A DNA stretch of 64,000 bases, from the IMG/VR virus record IMGVR_UViG_3300044991_002272; one strand, 5' to 3'. The notes under the pieces are model-generated. The model did no database searches, had not been told where the DNA came from, and worked only from the letters and a program-made list of their open reading frames with translations. Positions 1-9,353 of the stretch are shown one piece after another (the stretch's first letter is position 1; each line of letters opens with the position of its first letter). The position numbers and the translations under genes are program-made. Source of the DNA: a virus.

Positions 1-229
1 TATACCTAAGCGCACCGTCAAACAATGTTAAAGGTGTACTTACTCTCTTTCTTCCAAATGCATCAGTTGCTGTGGGGTCATCCAGTGCTATTACAGAGCC
101 AGTTACTGGTAGGGGATCAGGGCTTACAATTCTTGCCCCAACACGCAGTTCAGGATAGCCCTCATCGTCGTATTGCATAGCCAAATGCAAGTTGCGTAAC
201 TTTGAATCAATTGGCTTACTTTCAGACAT
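1..229 (-). CDS. Probable virion structural protein, 3'-truncated by the window edge
   Basis: Read manually: ATG at 229 with AAGGA RBS, TAAATA at 255-260, and an open frame to base 1 (MSESKPIDSKLRNLHLAMQYDDEGYPELRV...TDAFGRKRVSTPLTLFD). The DAFGRxRVS motif is typical of phage structural proteins. Confidence 0.6.
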   Translation of the reverse strand, partial: MSESKPIDSKLRNLHLAMQYDDEGYPELRVGARIVSPDPLPVTGSVIALDDPTATDAFGRKRVSTPLTLFDGALRY

Positions 230-277
230 GATGTAGTTCCTTGTTTTGTTTGTGTATTTATTACCCTTAAATAGTTG

Positions 278-697
278 ATGAAAAATTGGCGCAAAACACT
301 TTGGTTTATGTTGGGATTGCTGTTACTAGGAGTGGCCTATTTGGGCATCATTCTCCCAGGCATTCCTTGGAGCACACCGTCAGTTGGCGCTGCCTATTGT
401 TTCGCCAAATCAAATGATCGCTGGCACAACTGGCTCATGAACCACAGGTTGTTTGGCCCGTTCCTGCAAAATTGGACCAATAAGCGAGTTTTTCCAACAA
501 AAGGCAAATGGGCAATGGTTATCACCATGGACATTAGCCTTATCACTCTTTGGTTTACAACTGGTAACTTTTGGATATGTGGTGGAGTTGCACTGCTGAT
601 GGCAGCAGGTGCGGTTTGGGCATGGCGCTATCCTGGTAGTGTTCAAGAGTATGAGTCTAGAGTCAGCAGTGGCGCCAAAATAGGCTGGTTACGCTAG
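278..697 (+). CDS. ybaN: YbaN/DUF454-family inner membrane protein
   Basis: LGIILPGIPWSTP..A.YCFAKS..RWHNWLMNHRLFGPFL.NW signature and hydrophobic helices. Confidence 0.85.
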   Translation: MKNWRKTLWFMLGLLLLGVAYLGIILPGIPWSTPSVGAAYCFAKSNDRWHNWLMNHRLFGPFLQNWTNKRVFPTKGKWAMVITMDISLITLWFTTGNFWICGGVALLMAAGAVWAWRYPGSVQEYESRVSSGAKIGWLR

Positions 698-1645
698 ATT
701 TTGTTCAAGCCATTCAACGTATTGCGCCACACCCTGGCTCACTGAGCACATGCTGCTTGTATAACCAATTGAGCGCAGTTTTGACATTTTGGCTTGCGTG
801 AAGTTTTGGTATTTGTCCCGCAAAGGCAGTGGCATATCCACATACCGAATTTCATCTGGTAAATTTAAATTATTCAATAGAGCATGTGCTACAGTGTTGA
901 AACTTTCTGCCCTTCCGGTGCCCACATTGAAGATCCCGCTCTTGTCAGGATTGTCTAAAAACCAACGGATGACATCAACCACATCGCCTACCCACACAAA
1001 GTCTCGACTCTGTTCACCGTGGGGCAAATTTGCCACTGTGCTCTTGAACAATCGCAAGGGATTACCTTGTTTCAATTGTTTGTATTGACTATAGCATACA
1101 CTGGCCATGGCATTTTTGTGAGATTCGTGTGGACCATAGACATTGAAAAACTTCAGTCCCACCCATTGGGGTGGTGTGAGCTTTTGATTTTCAACACATT
1201 TCAAGACTTTTTGGTCAAAAACATGCTTGCTCCACCCATAAAGATTCAAAGGGCGCAAGGAGCTTAGATTAGATTCGTCATCAAAGCCAGCACTGCCATC
1301 ACCATAGGTTGCTGCTGAACTGGCATAGATGAACGGCACATTATGTTGAGAACACCATTCCCAAATGTTGGAGCTCAAGGTGAAATTATTTTTCATCACC
1401 TCATCGCCATTAGTGGCTGTGGTATCACTGATGGCGCCCAAATGGATCACCGCTTTGGGCCCACCAGCTAACGCCCGAGTGATCTCATCTGGCTGCCAAA
1501 ACTTCCACAGATCACAGTCTCGCAGGTTTGTCCATTTGCCGTCTGAACCCAAATGATCAACCACAGCCACATCATAACCACTGTTGCACAGGGATTTAAC
1601 AACGTTGGAGCCAATAAATCCAGCACCGCCAGTAACCAATATCAT
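689..1645 (-). CDS. hldD: ADP-L-glycero-D-manno-heptose 6-epimerase
   Basis: ILVTGGAGFIGSN, HLGAISDTT, YASSAATYG, PLNLYGWSK, FFNVYGPHESHK, RDFVWVGDVV, YQNFTQA motifs. Confidence 0.9.
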   Translation of the reverse strand: MILVTGGAGFIGSNVVKSLCNSGYDVAVVDHLGSDGKWTNLRDCDLWKFWQPDEITRALAGGPKAVIHLGAISDTTATNGDEVMKNNFTLSSNIWEWCSQHNVPFIYASSAATYGDGSAGFDDESNLSSLRPLNLYGWSKHVFDQKVLKCVENQKLTPPQWVGLKFFNVYGPHESHKNAMASVCYSQYKQLKQGNPLRLFKSTVANLPHGEQSRDFVWVGDVVDVIRWFLDNPDKSGIFNVGTGRAESFNTVAHALLNNLNLPDEIRYVDMPLPLRDKYQNFTQAKMSKLRSIGYTSSMCSVSQGVAQYVEWLEQNLA

Positions 1646-1666
1646 ATTATGAGCTCCTATTTGGGC

Positions 1667-2149
1667 TCAGATATTTAAACCATCCTGGAGATCGAGCTTG
1701 TCAATTCGCCCTTGATGCCGCCCGCCGTCAAAAGGAGTTTGTAGCCAGGTTAGCACACATGCTGAAGCTTGGTCAGGGCCTAGTAACCGTGCACCTAACG
1801 CAATGACATTGCTGTTATTGTGACGTCGACTGAGCTCTGCGCCCACTGGATCATGCACTAGTGCACAGCGAATGCCCTGATGGCGATTGGCTGCTATGCT
1901 CATGCCAATGCCACTGCCACAAATCAAAATACCTCTGTCAACTCGTCCGCCCAGAACACCAGCACACACTTTGGTGGCATAGTCTGGATAGTCCACTCGA
2001 TCCGCCGTTTCTGGACCAAAATCAACCACCTCATGTCCACGATTTTTCAACAGATTGACCAAGTGTGTTTTAAGTTCCACACCAGCATGATCTGATGCAA
2101 TTCCAAATGTGTAGCCCTTATTCAAGGCTGCTTTGTCAACAAAGTCCAT
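1667..2149 (-). CDS. rpiB: Ribose-5-phosphate isomerase B
   Basis: ASDHAG, VDYPDYA, GILICGSGIGMSIAANR, R.HNNSNVIALGAR, FDGGRH..RI motifs. Confidence 0.93.
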   Translation of the reverse strand: MDFVDKAALNKGYTFGIASDHAGVELKTHLVNLLKNRGHEVVDFGPETADRVDYPDYATKVCAGVLGGRVDRGILICGSGIGMSIAANRHQGIRCALVHDPVGAELSRRHNNSNVIALGARLLGPDQASACVLTWLQTPFDGGRHQGRIDKLDLQDGLNI

Positions 2150-2152
2150 ACG

Positions 2153-2338
2153 TTAAATCTCTTCCCATTTCAAATCTTTTACCGTCCCATTATACTCAGC
2201 ATCTAGCTGATCCATCAATTTGAGTTTCAAACGATTTGAATCTTTGTCCCGCAGCGCATCTACAATGGTTTCACAAGGAAGATCTTTGTCTTGAAGGAAC
2301 CCATGATCCCAAGTGATTTCAAACAATCTAAACAACAT
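2153..2338 (-). CDS. Hypothetical protein
   Basis: 61-aa ORF tightly packed in a minus-strand run. Confidence 0.55.
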   Translation of the reverse strand: MLFRLFEITWDHGFLQDKDLPCETIVDALRDKDSNRLKLKLMDQLDAEYNGTVKDLKWEEI

Positions 2339-2918
2339 TTTGTGCCTCTTTTCTCATTTTGCTAACTAGCTTGCTAATGTCCTGACGATCCATGCCAGCC
2401 AAATCATCAAAATACACCACATCCTCATTGTGGAGGAAGAATTGCATTCTGTCACTGTCTCGCAAAGGTTGCCAAAAATAGATGTAGCTTTCGTTACCAC
2501 AAGAGCCATTGGGGTTAAGCTTCACATCGCCTACACCTGTGCCGTAGTAAATTGGGCAGCGCCAAACGCCAGCATCATCCGGCCATGCAAGGCTATAGTA
2601 AGTGTCTCGCTTATAATCTTTCAACACAACTGGCATAGACTTGGGCACTAGATAACCTATAATCACAACCATCCATCGTGGATCTTTGTTTGTTAAAAAG
2701 ACATTTACCCCGTTGAATACCAGCATTCCCAATAGGAACATCACAAAACAACTGAATACTGCCTCAGCCAAGCTCAGTCCAGAGAGCAGTATGCCAACAG
2801 AGCCCAGCAGTGCTAACCCTCCAAAAACCATAAGTCCAATTGTGATACCGGCAGTGAATCCTGTGCCAAACCACTTTCGTAGACGCGTTACTGTGAAAAA
2901 GTCATCAAGTGAATTCAC
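2328..2918 (-). CDS. Hypothetical membrane protein
   Basis: Two to three N-terminal hydrophobic segments; overlaps both neighbours. Confidence 0.7.
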   Translation of the reverse strand: MNSLDDFFTVTRLRKWFGTGFTAGITIGLMVFGGLALLGSVGILLSGLSLAEAVFSCFVMFLLGMLVFNGVNVFLTNKDPRWMVVIIGYLVPKSMPVVLKDYKRDTYYSLAWPDDAGVWRCPIYYGTGVGDVKLNPNGSCGNESYIYFWQPLRDSDRMQFFLHNEDVVYFDDLAGMDRQDISKLVSKMRKEAQNVV

Positions 2919-3250
2919 TCCGAAACTCCTTTGTGTTGAAAATAACCTTTCAAAAGCTGGCGAATGTTTTCAGCGCCTACGGGATTGGCACTGTGAGTTT
3001 GATATCGAAAACCATCAGGGAAAAAAGGTGCATCCATGTCCTTGGAGATCAACCAGTGTGCAAAGTCATAGCCAGTTGGAGTGCCATCACCAAGATCGTG
3101 ATCAAAGCTCACCCCACTAGGGCAACCAAGGTCCTGGCACACAGCAACAGCCTCATCAAAGCTCCGGCATACAATCCACTCGCCAGTGTCCTCATGGGGA
3201 TAAGCCCAGCTGGGATCGCGAACATCATCAAGGAACAGAGTGTAAGTCAT
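2915..3250 (-). CDS. Cyclic-phosphate-processing receiver-like (cREC) domain protein
   Basis: LFLDDVRDP..., IVCRSFDEA, SFDHDLG, TGYDFAHWL, HSANPVGAENI motifs. Confidence 0.7.
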   Translation of the reverse strand: MTYTLFLDDVRDPSWAYPHEDTGEWIVCRSFDEAVAVCQDLGCPSGVSFDHDLGDGTPTGYDFAHWLISKDMDAPFFPDGFRYQTHSANPVGAENIRQLLKGYFQHKGVSE

Positions 3251-3274
3251 CCAATAGGCTCCTTTTCATCCACC

Positions 3275-3302
3275 ATACTAGCACAATCTGCGCCAGTGTC
3301 AA
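3275..3302 (-). promoter_or_regulatory. Sigma70-type promoter (early/middle)
   Basis: TTGACA-16 nt (ending TGTGC)-TAGTAT upstream of the cREC gene. Similar TTGACA..TGTGC-TATAG promoters lie near 5055-5082, 20862-20889 and 28405-28433. Confidence 0.7.
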
Positions 3303-3312
3303 TTTCTTATAC

Positions 3313-3747
3313 TCAGATGATGCTGCGGCTCTTGTATTCCCAAACCCGCTCCACACCGCTGAACGTGGGTGCGGGGAGACTGTCTCCAAGCGGGACCATC
3401 TTGAGTTGACTGCACTTTTCCGGTTCAAGAATGCGAGGAGTTTCCTCACACCAGCCTGTGACGTAGACTGTGATGTAGTGGCGCTGATGCTCTGGGAAAA
3501 AATCCTCTGTGAACAGTGGCACAGTGCAAGGATCTTTCAGCATGACACCAAGCTCTTCGGCGACCTCTCGCCGGGCACAGTCCAGCACAGTCTCTGAAAA
3601 CTCGAGGTGCCCTCCGGGAAAACTCCACTCACCGGCACCATAGCTGCCCTGCCGACGCATGAGCACATAGCCTCCAGGTGACAGCAGCATCACACCCACA
3701 CCTACTCTCACATCTGGAGTGATATCATGATTTTGAGATTGTGACAT
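3313..3747 (-). CDS. Nudix hydrolase
   Basis: Nudix box GGHLEFSETVLDCARREVAEELG. Confidence 0.9.
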   Translation of the reverse strand: MSQSQNHDITPDVRVGVGVMLLSPGGYVLMRRQGSYGAGEWSFPGGHLEFSETVLDCARREVAEELGVMLKDPCTVPLFTEDFFPEHQRHYITVYVTGWCEETPRILEPEKCSQLKMVPLGDSLPAPTFSGVERVWEYKSRSII

Positions 3748-4888
3748 GAGTCAGTAGATCCTTCTTGTCTATTGTATAGCCACTATCGGCCCAAATTTCT
3801 TTAAGCTGTTTGATCACCACCCCATACTCTGGGCCTGGACGCATGCCCAGCTTGATGAGATCGTAGCCAGTGACTGGAAACTCAGGCACCTCCCAAGTGT
3901 CCAGGACTGCCCTCTCAAACACATCCATGTTCTGCAGGGCAGCCAGCTCTCGTGCCCACTCCCGGGAGACACCATGCACGGCCATCTCACGGAAGGGATT
4001 TTTCCCCTTCCAGTCCCGATCGGGGTGGGCGAGATACTGGGCCAGATCAATCTCCTCCCTGCTGGCCTTCCAGTGTTTCAGCACACCTGGTACCTCTCCA
4101 CGCCACATGTACACCATCAGTGTGACTGGGTTGGTGGTATCGGGCACAGGAGGGACCTGGGGGTGCCCATACCACGGTGCACCACGAGGAAAGCCAGCAA
4201 ATCCAGCCATAAGCGGCGCACACCACATGTCATCAACCGTGCTTACCCCCTTGGGGCCCGTGATGATCTGTTTGATCTCGCTCCAGATCCTCTCTACACT
4301 GATTGTGCTCAGACCCGCGCGATGCCGTCTCACAGCAGCCAGCGCATCAGCGTCATACTCCTTGCCAAAGCGTGCAGTGAACCTATACCAACGCAGGATG
4401 CGCAGATAGTCCTCCTGGATGCGAGTGTCAGCATCGCCCACAAACCTCACCCGGCCCAGCTTGAGGTCTTCGGCACCACCAAAGGGGTCAAACAGGGCAC
4501 CATCCAGCGTCATGCTCATGGAATTTATGGTCAGATCTCTTCTCCGGCTGTCAACAAGCCAATCCCGAGTGTATCTCACCACAGCACGACGACCATCCGT
4601 GGCCACATCCTCTCGCAGGCTGGTGATCTCATACGTGACATCGTTCAGCACCACGGTTACTGTGCCATGATCCATGCCAGTGGGGCTCCAGCGTAGTTTC
4701 AGCCTCTCGTAGATGGCAGTGGCCTCTTCCGGAGTAGCATCAGTGTGCAGGTCAATGTCGTTTGGAACGTAGCCCAGCAGTGCGTCTCTTACGCAACCAC
4801 CAACCAGCCTGAGGCCAAACCCCACCAGCTGGAACGCATCACGCAGTTCCAGCAGTGCAGGAGTTGTTAGGGGTGCAGCTGGATTCAC
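3725..4888 (-). CDS. cca: Class II CCA-adding tRNA nucleotidyltransferase / poly(A) polymerase family
   Basis: VGGCVRD, DIDL, RRDLTINSM, EDYLRILR..RF motifs. Start reassigned to GTG 4888, which overlaps the TGA of the upstream small ORF. Confidence 0.88.
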   Translation of the reverse strand: MNPAAPLTTPALLELRDAFQLVGFGLRLVGGCVRDALLGYVPNDIDLHTDATPEEATAIYERLKLRWSPTGMDHGTVTVVLNDVTYEITSLREDVATDGRRAVVRYTRDWLVDSRRRDLTINSMSMTLDGALFDPFGGAEDLKLGRVRFVGDADTRIQEDYLRILRWYRFTARFGKEYDADALAAVRRHRAGLSTISVERIWSEIKQIITGPKGVSTVDDMWCAPLMAGFAGFPRGAPWYGHPQVPPVPDTTNPVTLMVYMWRGEVPGVLKHWKASREEIDLAQYLAHPDRDWKGKNPFREMAVHGVSREWARELAALQNMDVFERAVLDTWEVPEFPVTGYDLIKLGMRPGPEYGVVIKQLKEIWADSGYTIDKKDLLTHVTISKS

Positions 4889-5031
4889 TTCCAGATTTCC
4901 TTGAGCTTGCGGGTGTTGAGACGAGGCAGGGTTTGATTGCTGCTCCACAGAGCCATCATCACCAGTGGGAAGTCCAAACGGAACATCCAACAAAACAAGT
5001 ACACCAAAAACAGGCCCCAAACCAAGCTCAT
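4885..5031 (-). CDS. Small membrane protein
   Basis: MSLVWGLFLVYLFCWMFRLDFPLV..., GGAG RBS, directly below a TTGACA/TATAGT promoter, and coupled to cca by a GTGA overlap. Confidence 0.55.
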   Translation of the reverse strand: MSLVWGLFLVYLFCWMFRLDFPLVMMALWSSNQTLPRLNTRKLKEIWK

Positions 5032-5069
5032 TGCCGTGTACTCCGTTACCCCCGCACTATAGCACAAGG

Positions 5070-5483
5070 TCAAGAGTTGTCAACAGCTTTCTTTTGTGCA
5101 TGTGGGAAAAATTTTGGCACAAGGGGGATTCGGGTGAAGGGACTAGCTGGCGTCCAACCAAACCGTTTGATAACCTCGTTGCTCTCCACTGGCTTGCGAC
5201 CTGGGTTAAGGCTCCACGTGATGTGGTAGGTGCTGCCATCAGGCCGAGTGGTGCTACCCCCAATGGATAGCACAAGAGCTTGCACACCGTTATTGTCATC
5301 AGCAACCCCCACTACTGTGGCAGTTGTTTCTGTGGGCAGAGGCGTATCTGCGTCAACCCCAAACTTCAAAGTACAGTGATGTGCCACAACTTGGGAATAC
5401 TCTGCAGGAAACTTCTCCAGCAGTGCATCTTTTGTCTCCAAAGGCAATGCCCAGCCCAGGTAACCTTTCTTAACTTCAGTCAT
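5070..5483 (-). CDS. 2H phosphoesterase-family protein (putative 2',3'-cyclic phosphodiesterase)
   Basis: Two HxT motifs (HCTL, HITW) with 2H-type spacing. Confidence 0.7.
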   Translation of the reverse strand: MTEVKKGYLGWALPLETKDALLEKFPAEYSQVVAHHCTLKFGVDADTPLPTETTATVVGVADDNNGVQALVLSIGGSTTRPDGSTYHITWSLNPGRKPVESNEVIKRFGWTPASPFTRIPLVPKFFPHAQKKAVDNS

Positions 5484-6231
5484 TTGTTACTCCATAAGTT
5501 TTCAGTTCCTGGTGGCTGAGTTGCCGCTTGTTGCACACATAGGTGCCGTGGGTTTCGCTAATGAACTTCTTCAGCAGCACATCATACACACTCACTGCTC
5601 GACGCACCTTGTGAGCGTTGCCTCGGCGATCGACCCAACCTGTTACCAGTTCTGGCGTGGGCACAGGAGCCAGTTTGACCTCGTACCAAATGTTCTCGTG
5701 CTTGCGAAGTTCGACACCATTGGGCAGGGTGCGAGCAGTTTCCAGTCGCTTCCTCTCTCGTTCGGTGCGGTATGCCTTTTGCCGAGCAGTCCAACTCACA
5801 TGATTGGGATTGCGGCACAGCAAGCCATCTCGAGGATCAACGTAGAACCGTGTGAACCCGTCATTTGCCAAAGGGTAGGGCCTATACCCATTGATCCAGA
5901 TCACGCCCTCCTTGTCAACACTGGTTGCGGTCTCCACAAACTGTTTCACATGAACTCGAATGTGGTCCTGCACTGCATTGGTGACGCGGATGTTTTCACA
6001 AATTTCGCTGTAGACACTGTCCCACGGCTGGCCCACCCGACTGTTGAGAAAGCGGAGCAGTGGTGCAAGGTTTTCGTTGAGCTCTTTGCCGTTATGATTG
6101 CGTACATGTGGCGCACGCATGCTCTCGTGTGCAGTTTGCAGCTCTTCAGGAACACTACGTCCACGGCGAGTGTTGTTACCACCTCGGCGGGGACGCTCCA
6201 CAATAACCTTAGCCATATCAGATCGCATCAC
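5476..6231 (-). CDS. Conserved hypothetical basic protein
   Basis: 251-aa ORF (MAKVIVERPRRGG...LNENLAPL.RFL.SRVGQPWD.VYSEIC) with GGT RBS context. Confidence 0.75.
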   Translation of the reverse strand: MMRSDMAKVIVERPRRGGNNTRRGRSVPEELQTAHESMRAPHVRNHNGKELNENLAPLLRFLNSRVGQPWDSVYSEICENIRVTNAVQDHIRVHVKQFVETATSVDKEGVIWINGYRPYPLANDGFTRFYVDPRDGLLCRNPNHVSWTARQKAYRTERERKRLETARTLPNGVELRKHENIWYEVKLAPVPTPELVTGWVDRRGNAHKVRRAVSVYDVLLKKFISETHGTYVCNKRQLSHQELKTYGVTND

Positions 6232-6298
6232 ATACCTCGCTTTTCTGTATCAATTATTTAAAGCGTGGACCCAAATCTAGCAGGTTTGGCCTAAATGT

Positions 6299-7018
6299 CT
6301 AGAGATAAATTGTGTCCAACACATCCATCCGCACACTTACATTATACCTGGCCAGCGTGAGAAACATTTCTTTGTAAGCGTGTTGAATATCATAGCTGCT
6401 GCCCACAGGTGTTCCATGTCTAACACAAATTTGGTCGATAATTGCAATCTTTTTGTCAGGATAACCCAGCAGTTTGCTCCACACATGATCAATACCCCAC
6501 ATGAATGTGTTGCTATCAAATGATGGTGCACAAATGTCCAATGCATTTTTAGAGAAACAAGGCACCATCATTTCAACAAATGTAGTGTAACGCAAGACAG
6601 AACCCAAGACTTGTTTGGTAATGCTGTGACTGGTGTAGCTGTCTAAGGTGAGACTGGGCTGTGCAAGACTTAAATCAAATAATTTCATTGCTGCAAACAA
6701 CAAATCAATATCCTTGCCCTTGATCTCTAGATCAGGATCAGGAAACCAAATGTAATTATAGTCTTGAAACCAACCCTGTTCCCAGTAGACTTTTAAGGCT
6801 GACAGCTTGTTTGCCTGATGCAACACACATCCTTCACCAATGGTTTCTTGCCAATTTGGTGCTGGTTCGTAATAGCTAACCAACAAGTCCCAATTCCTTG
6901 TTTCTTCGCATCCAGATGTCCATAAGGAGTGATTGCTATTGCTCCCTGCCCGCACAACAACTAGATTTTCTCGGCTTGGAGTCTTGCGCAAGAGTTTTTG
7001 GATCAAAATTTCAGACAA
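6299..7018 (-). CDS. DUF707-like putative glycosyltransferase
   Basis: RNWDLLVSYY, Y.YIWFPDPDL, L.LAQPSL, FVEMMVPCFS, WGID..W, IDQICVRH pattern. Confidence 0.7.
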   Translation of the reverse strand: MSEILIQKLLRKTPSRENLVVVRAGSNSNHSLWTSGCEETRNWDLLVSYYEPAPNWQETIGEGCVLHQANKLSALKVYWEQGWFQDYNYIWFPDPDLEIKGKDIDLLFAAMKLFDLSLAQPSLTLDSYTSHSITKQVLGSVLRYTTFVEMMVPCFSKNALDICAPSFDSNTFMWGIDHVWSKLLGYPDKKIAIIDQICVRHGTPVGSSYDIQHAYKEMFLTLARYNVSVRMDVLDTIYL

Positions 7019-7155
7019 AGTTATGGCTCCTGGATTTGAGGTGATGACAAAGATAGTCGCTTGTTAAATTGAATCTATGTGCTCAACAACGACATGCCAA
7101 ATTATATAACGGTGCTACTCATAAATAAGAGTTGAGCAAGATAGAGAGTTAAAAA

Positions 7156-8691
7156 ATGGCCATAACCACATTTGCACGCATTCAACATCGCAGAGGGATC
7201 AAAACTGATCTGCCACAAGAACTTTATGAGGGTGAATTGGGGTGGTGTATTGATACTCGGGAGTTGTTTATTGGTAATGGCCAGCCCTTTGGTGGCAACA
7301 CACAAATCCTTACTTCTTATAGCCCAAATAATGATTTGATCACAAACTTTTGGCGCACAAAAGATTTGGCAATTGTGGCGTCAGTTGCCCGCCCGTTAGG
7401 GGCCAAACTCAATGATTTTGCCTCTGTAAAAGATTTTGGTGCAACTGGCAATGGATCAACCAACGACGCACCAGCCATCAATGCTGCCATTCAAGAGTTG
7501 TTTACCTCTCTAGGCAATCTAGCCGTTATTGACCAAGCCCGACAAATAACCTTGTATCTCCCTGCTGGCACATACGCGATTGAAGCCTCTATTTTGTTGT
7601 ATCCATACTTAAATTTAGTGGGTGATGGGGTAGACAACACTGTTGTTTTAGTAAATGATGCTTCCCTGCTTTGCGCGATGGAAACAGCTGACAGCCAAGG
7701 CAATACTGGTGGAAATATTGGCACAAGCGGTGCTACACTGCCCAAAAACATTTCAGTGCGCAACTTAACTGTCAGCACCAACGGCAACAAAATTGACTGT
7801 GTGTTGCTAAATCGCTATCAAAAAATTACATTTGACAATGTTCGTTTTGTAGGCCCTTATGTGCCTGCTGACAGTGGGTTATTTCCTTACTCTTCTGTAA
7901 GGCTTCAAAATCTAAGTCCAGTTGCCATTGAAGTTGAGCGTGCCAGCTTCTTGCATTGTGAATTCAGCTATTGCACATATGGAATTTATGCTGATGAAGA
8001 CGTGAGATTTACAACTGTTGTGGATTGCAGTTTCAATAATCTTTGGCGCGGTGTATGCATGGGTAGCCTAGCTGTAAATGGTGGTCCCGCTCATACTACT
8101 GTCACTGCCAGTAGTTTTTCAGACATAGACAACATTGCTGTGTTTTACGATGGTACAAATTTTGGCCTAGCTAGCACTGGCAATAGATTTTCCAATTGCG
8201 GTATCTCTGAAGGAACCAGAGCTGTGGTATTTGGAAATCCCAGCGTAAATTGTGCAAGCATAGGTGACAACTTTGATGTTGCGCAAGGTGTAGCAGACTA
8301 CGGTGTAGGTAATATACTACACAATGGCAGCCAAACAAATGTGGGAACAGCAGCTAGCCGCAACATCAGTTTCACAAAGATTTTTGCCCCTGGAGTTTCT
8401 GAAATCCTATTTTATGATGTGATGAGTGTATCAGTTGAGTTTCAAATTTCCTTGGCAGGCAGTAGCGTAAGGTCTTTGACTGGGCCAGCAGCCCCTTACA
8501 CCTTGACATTCCGCAGAAATGGCACTCCCTTTGCAACTGCTGACTTTGCGGCTGCTGGGACTGTTGCCACGCTAACGTGCGCTGCGGCAGAGACTTTCCT
8601 TCCGGGAGATGTGTTTGACGTTATTGCACCAAATCCAGATGACCCCAATATCACTGGGATAACAGTAGATTTGACAGCTTTAACTTTTTAG
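7156..8691 (+). CDS. Tailspike/fibre-like virion protein with a pectate-lyase-like beta-helix
   Basis: N-terminal RIQHRRG..L.EGELGWC.DTRELFIGNG anchor and SVKDFGATGNG..DA.AI..AI..LYLPAGTY beta-helix cap. TAAATA at 7122-7127. Confidence 0.8.
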   Translation: MAITTFARIQHRRGIKTDLPQELYEGELGWCIDTRELFIGNGQPFGGNTQILTSYSPNNDLITNFWRTKDLAIVASVARPLGAKLNDFASVKDFGATGNGSTNDAPAINAAIQELFTSLGNLAVIDQARQITLYLPAGTYAIEASILLYPYLNLVGDGVDNTVVLVNDASLLCAMETADSQGNTGGNIGTSGATLPKNISVRNLTVSTNGNKIDCVLLNRYQKITFDNVRFVGPYVPADSGLFPYSSVRLQNLSPVAIEVERASFLHCEFSYCTYGIYADEDVRFTTVVDCSFNNLWRGVCMGSLAVNGGPAHTTVTASSFSDIDNIAVFYDGTNFGLASTGNRFSNCGISEGTRAVVFGNPSVNCASIGDNFDVAQGVADYGVGNILHNGSQTNVGTAASRNISFTKIFAPGVSEILFYDVMSVSVEFQISLAGSSVRSLTGPAAPYTLTFRRNGTPFATADFAAAGTVATLTCAAAETFLPGDVFDVIAPNPDDPNITGITVDLTALTF

Positions 8692-8725
8692 TGTTTCACT
8701 AGCCTGTTTAGGCTACACACACAAA

Positions 8726-9307
8726 TTAGTGTGTGTCAAATGTCCAAAAATCGCGGAGAGTTTGTGCTGTCGTGGGATGCAACATCACCTCTGAATGGCT
8801 GGCTGGAACTTCAATTCTGGAGCCAGCACCCCAACTTCTTTGGCTGCGAAGGGTTACTACACCATCATTGTCTTCCCATAACCAAGGATTGAATCCTTTT
8901 GTGCTAATGATGTGTTGAATGGGTTGAGAATAGCTGTTTGTTTGCAGTGTTTTAACTAGCTTGCTGTTGGGTGTGATTTCATTCAAAAAATGGCTTCGAT
9001 TGACCCACCTTTGGAAGGGGGTGAGATCAATACCGCCCAACGGCGTTGCTATTGTAGTGACACTTTTAACCCAAGGCAATGAGCTCAAGCTTAAGGCAAC
9101 CAATCCTCCCATGCTGTGACCAACAACATGGTAGTGGCTTGATCCTGCCTCAAATTCTTGAGCCCTAGTGAGCACAGACTGAATATTGTCTGGTTGTAAG
9201 GGATAGTCCACAAACCTCCAGTTGAACTGGGATAGCTCGTGTTTCAAAAAACCAAAAATAAGGGGCGTGCTGAACGCCCCATGAATAGCCAGTATGTTAT
9301 ATGTCAT
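8726..9307 (-). CDS. Alpha/beta hydrolase (lipase/esterase-like)
   Basis: IHG, GHSMGG nucleophile elbow, NDGVV and terminal H catalytic motifs. Confidence 0.85.
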   Translation of the reverse strand: MTYNILAIHGAFSTPLIFGFLKHELSQFNWRFVDYPLQPDNIQSVLTRAQEFEAGSSHYHVVGHSMGGLVALSLSSLPWVKSVTTIATPLGGIDLTPFQRWVNRSHFLNEITPNSKLVKTLQTNSYSQPIQHIISTKGFNPWLWEDNDGVVTLRSQRSWGAGSRIEVPASHSEVMLHPTTAQTLRDFWTFDTH

Positions 9308-9318
9308 CGAGAGTATTT

Positions 9319-9350
9319 AAAGTGTGGATGCCTTACAGCATCCACACTTT
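9319..9350. terminator. Hairpin terminator downstream of the AAA gene
   Basis: AAAGTGTGGATGC-6 nt-GCATCCACACTTT, a 13-bp inverted repeat. Confidence 0.65.
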
Positions 9351-9353
9351 TGT

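Noticed and set aside
4889-5020. N-terminal extension of the CCA enzyme in the ORF track
   Set aside because: It overlaps a better-supported small ORF with promoter and RBS. A GTGA coupling at 4885-4888 gives a more plausible start.
5512-6261. Long antisense ORFs (for example 5512-6261, 3974-4696 and 29266-29730, all +)
   Set aside because: They are shadow frames of well-supported minus-strand genes, with no motifs or RBS.
9319-9350. TTACAGCA within a hairpin, resembling the RNA-unit core
   Set aside because: It lies in the loop and stem of a simple terminator hairpin and lacks the inner variable domain.
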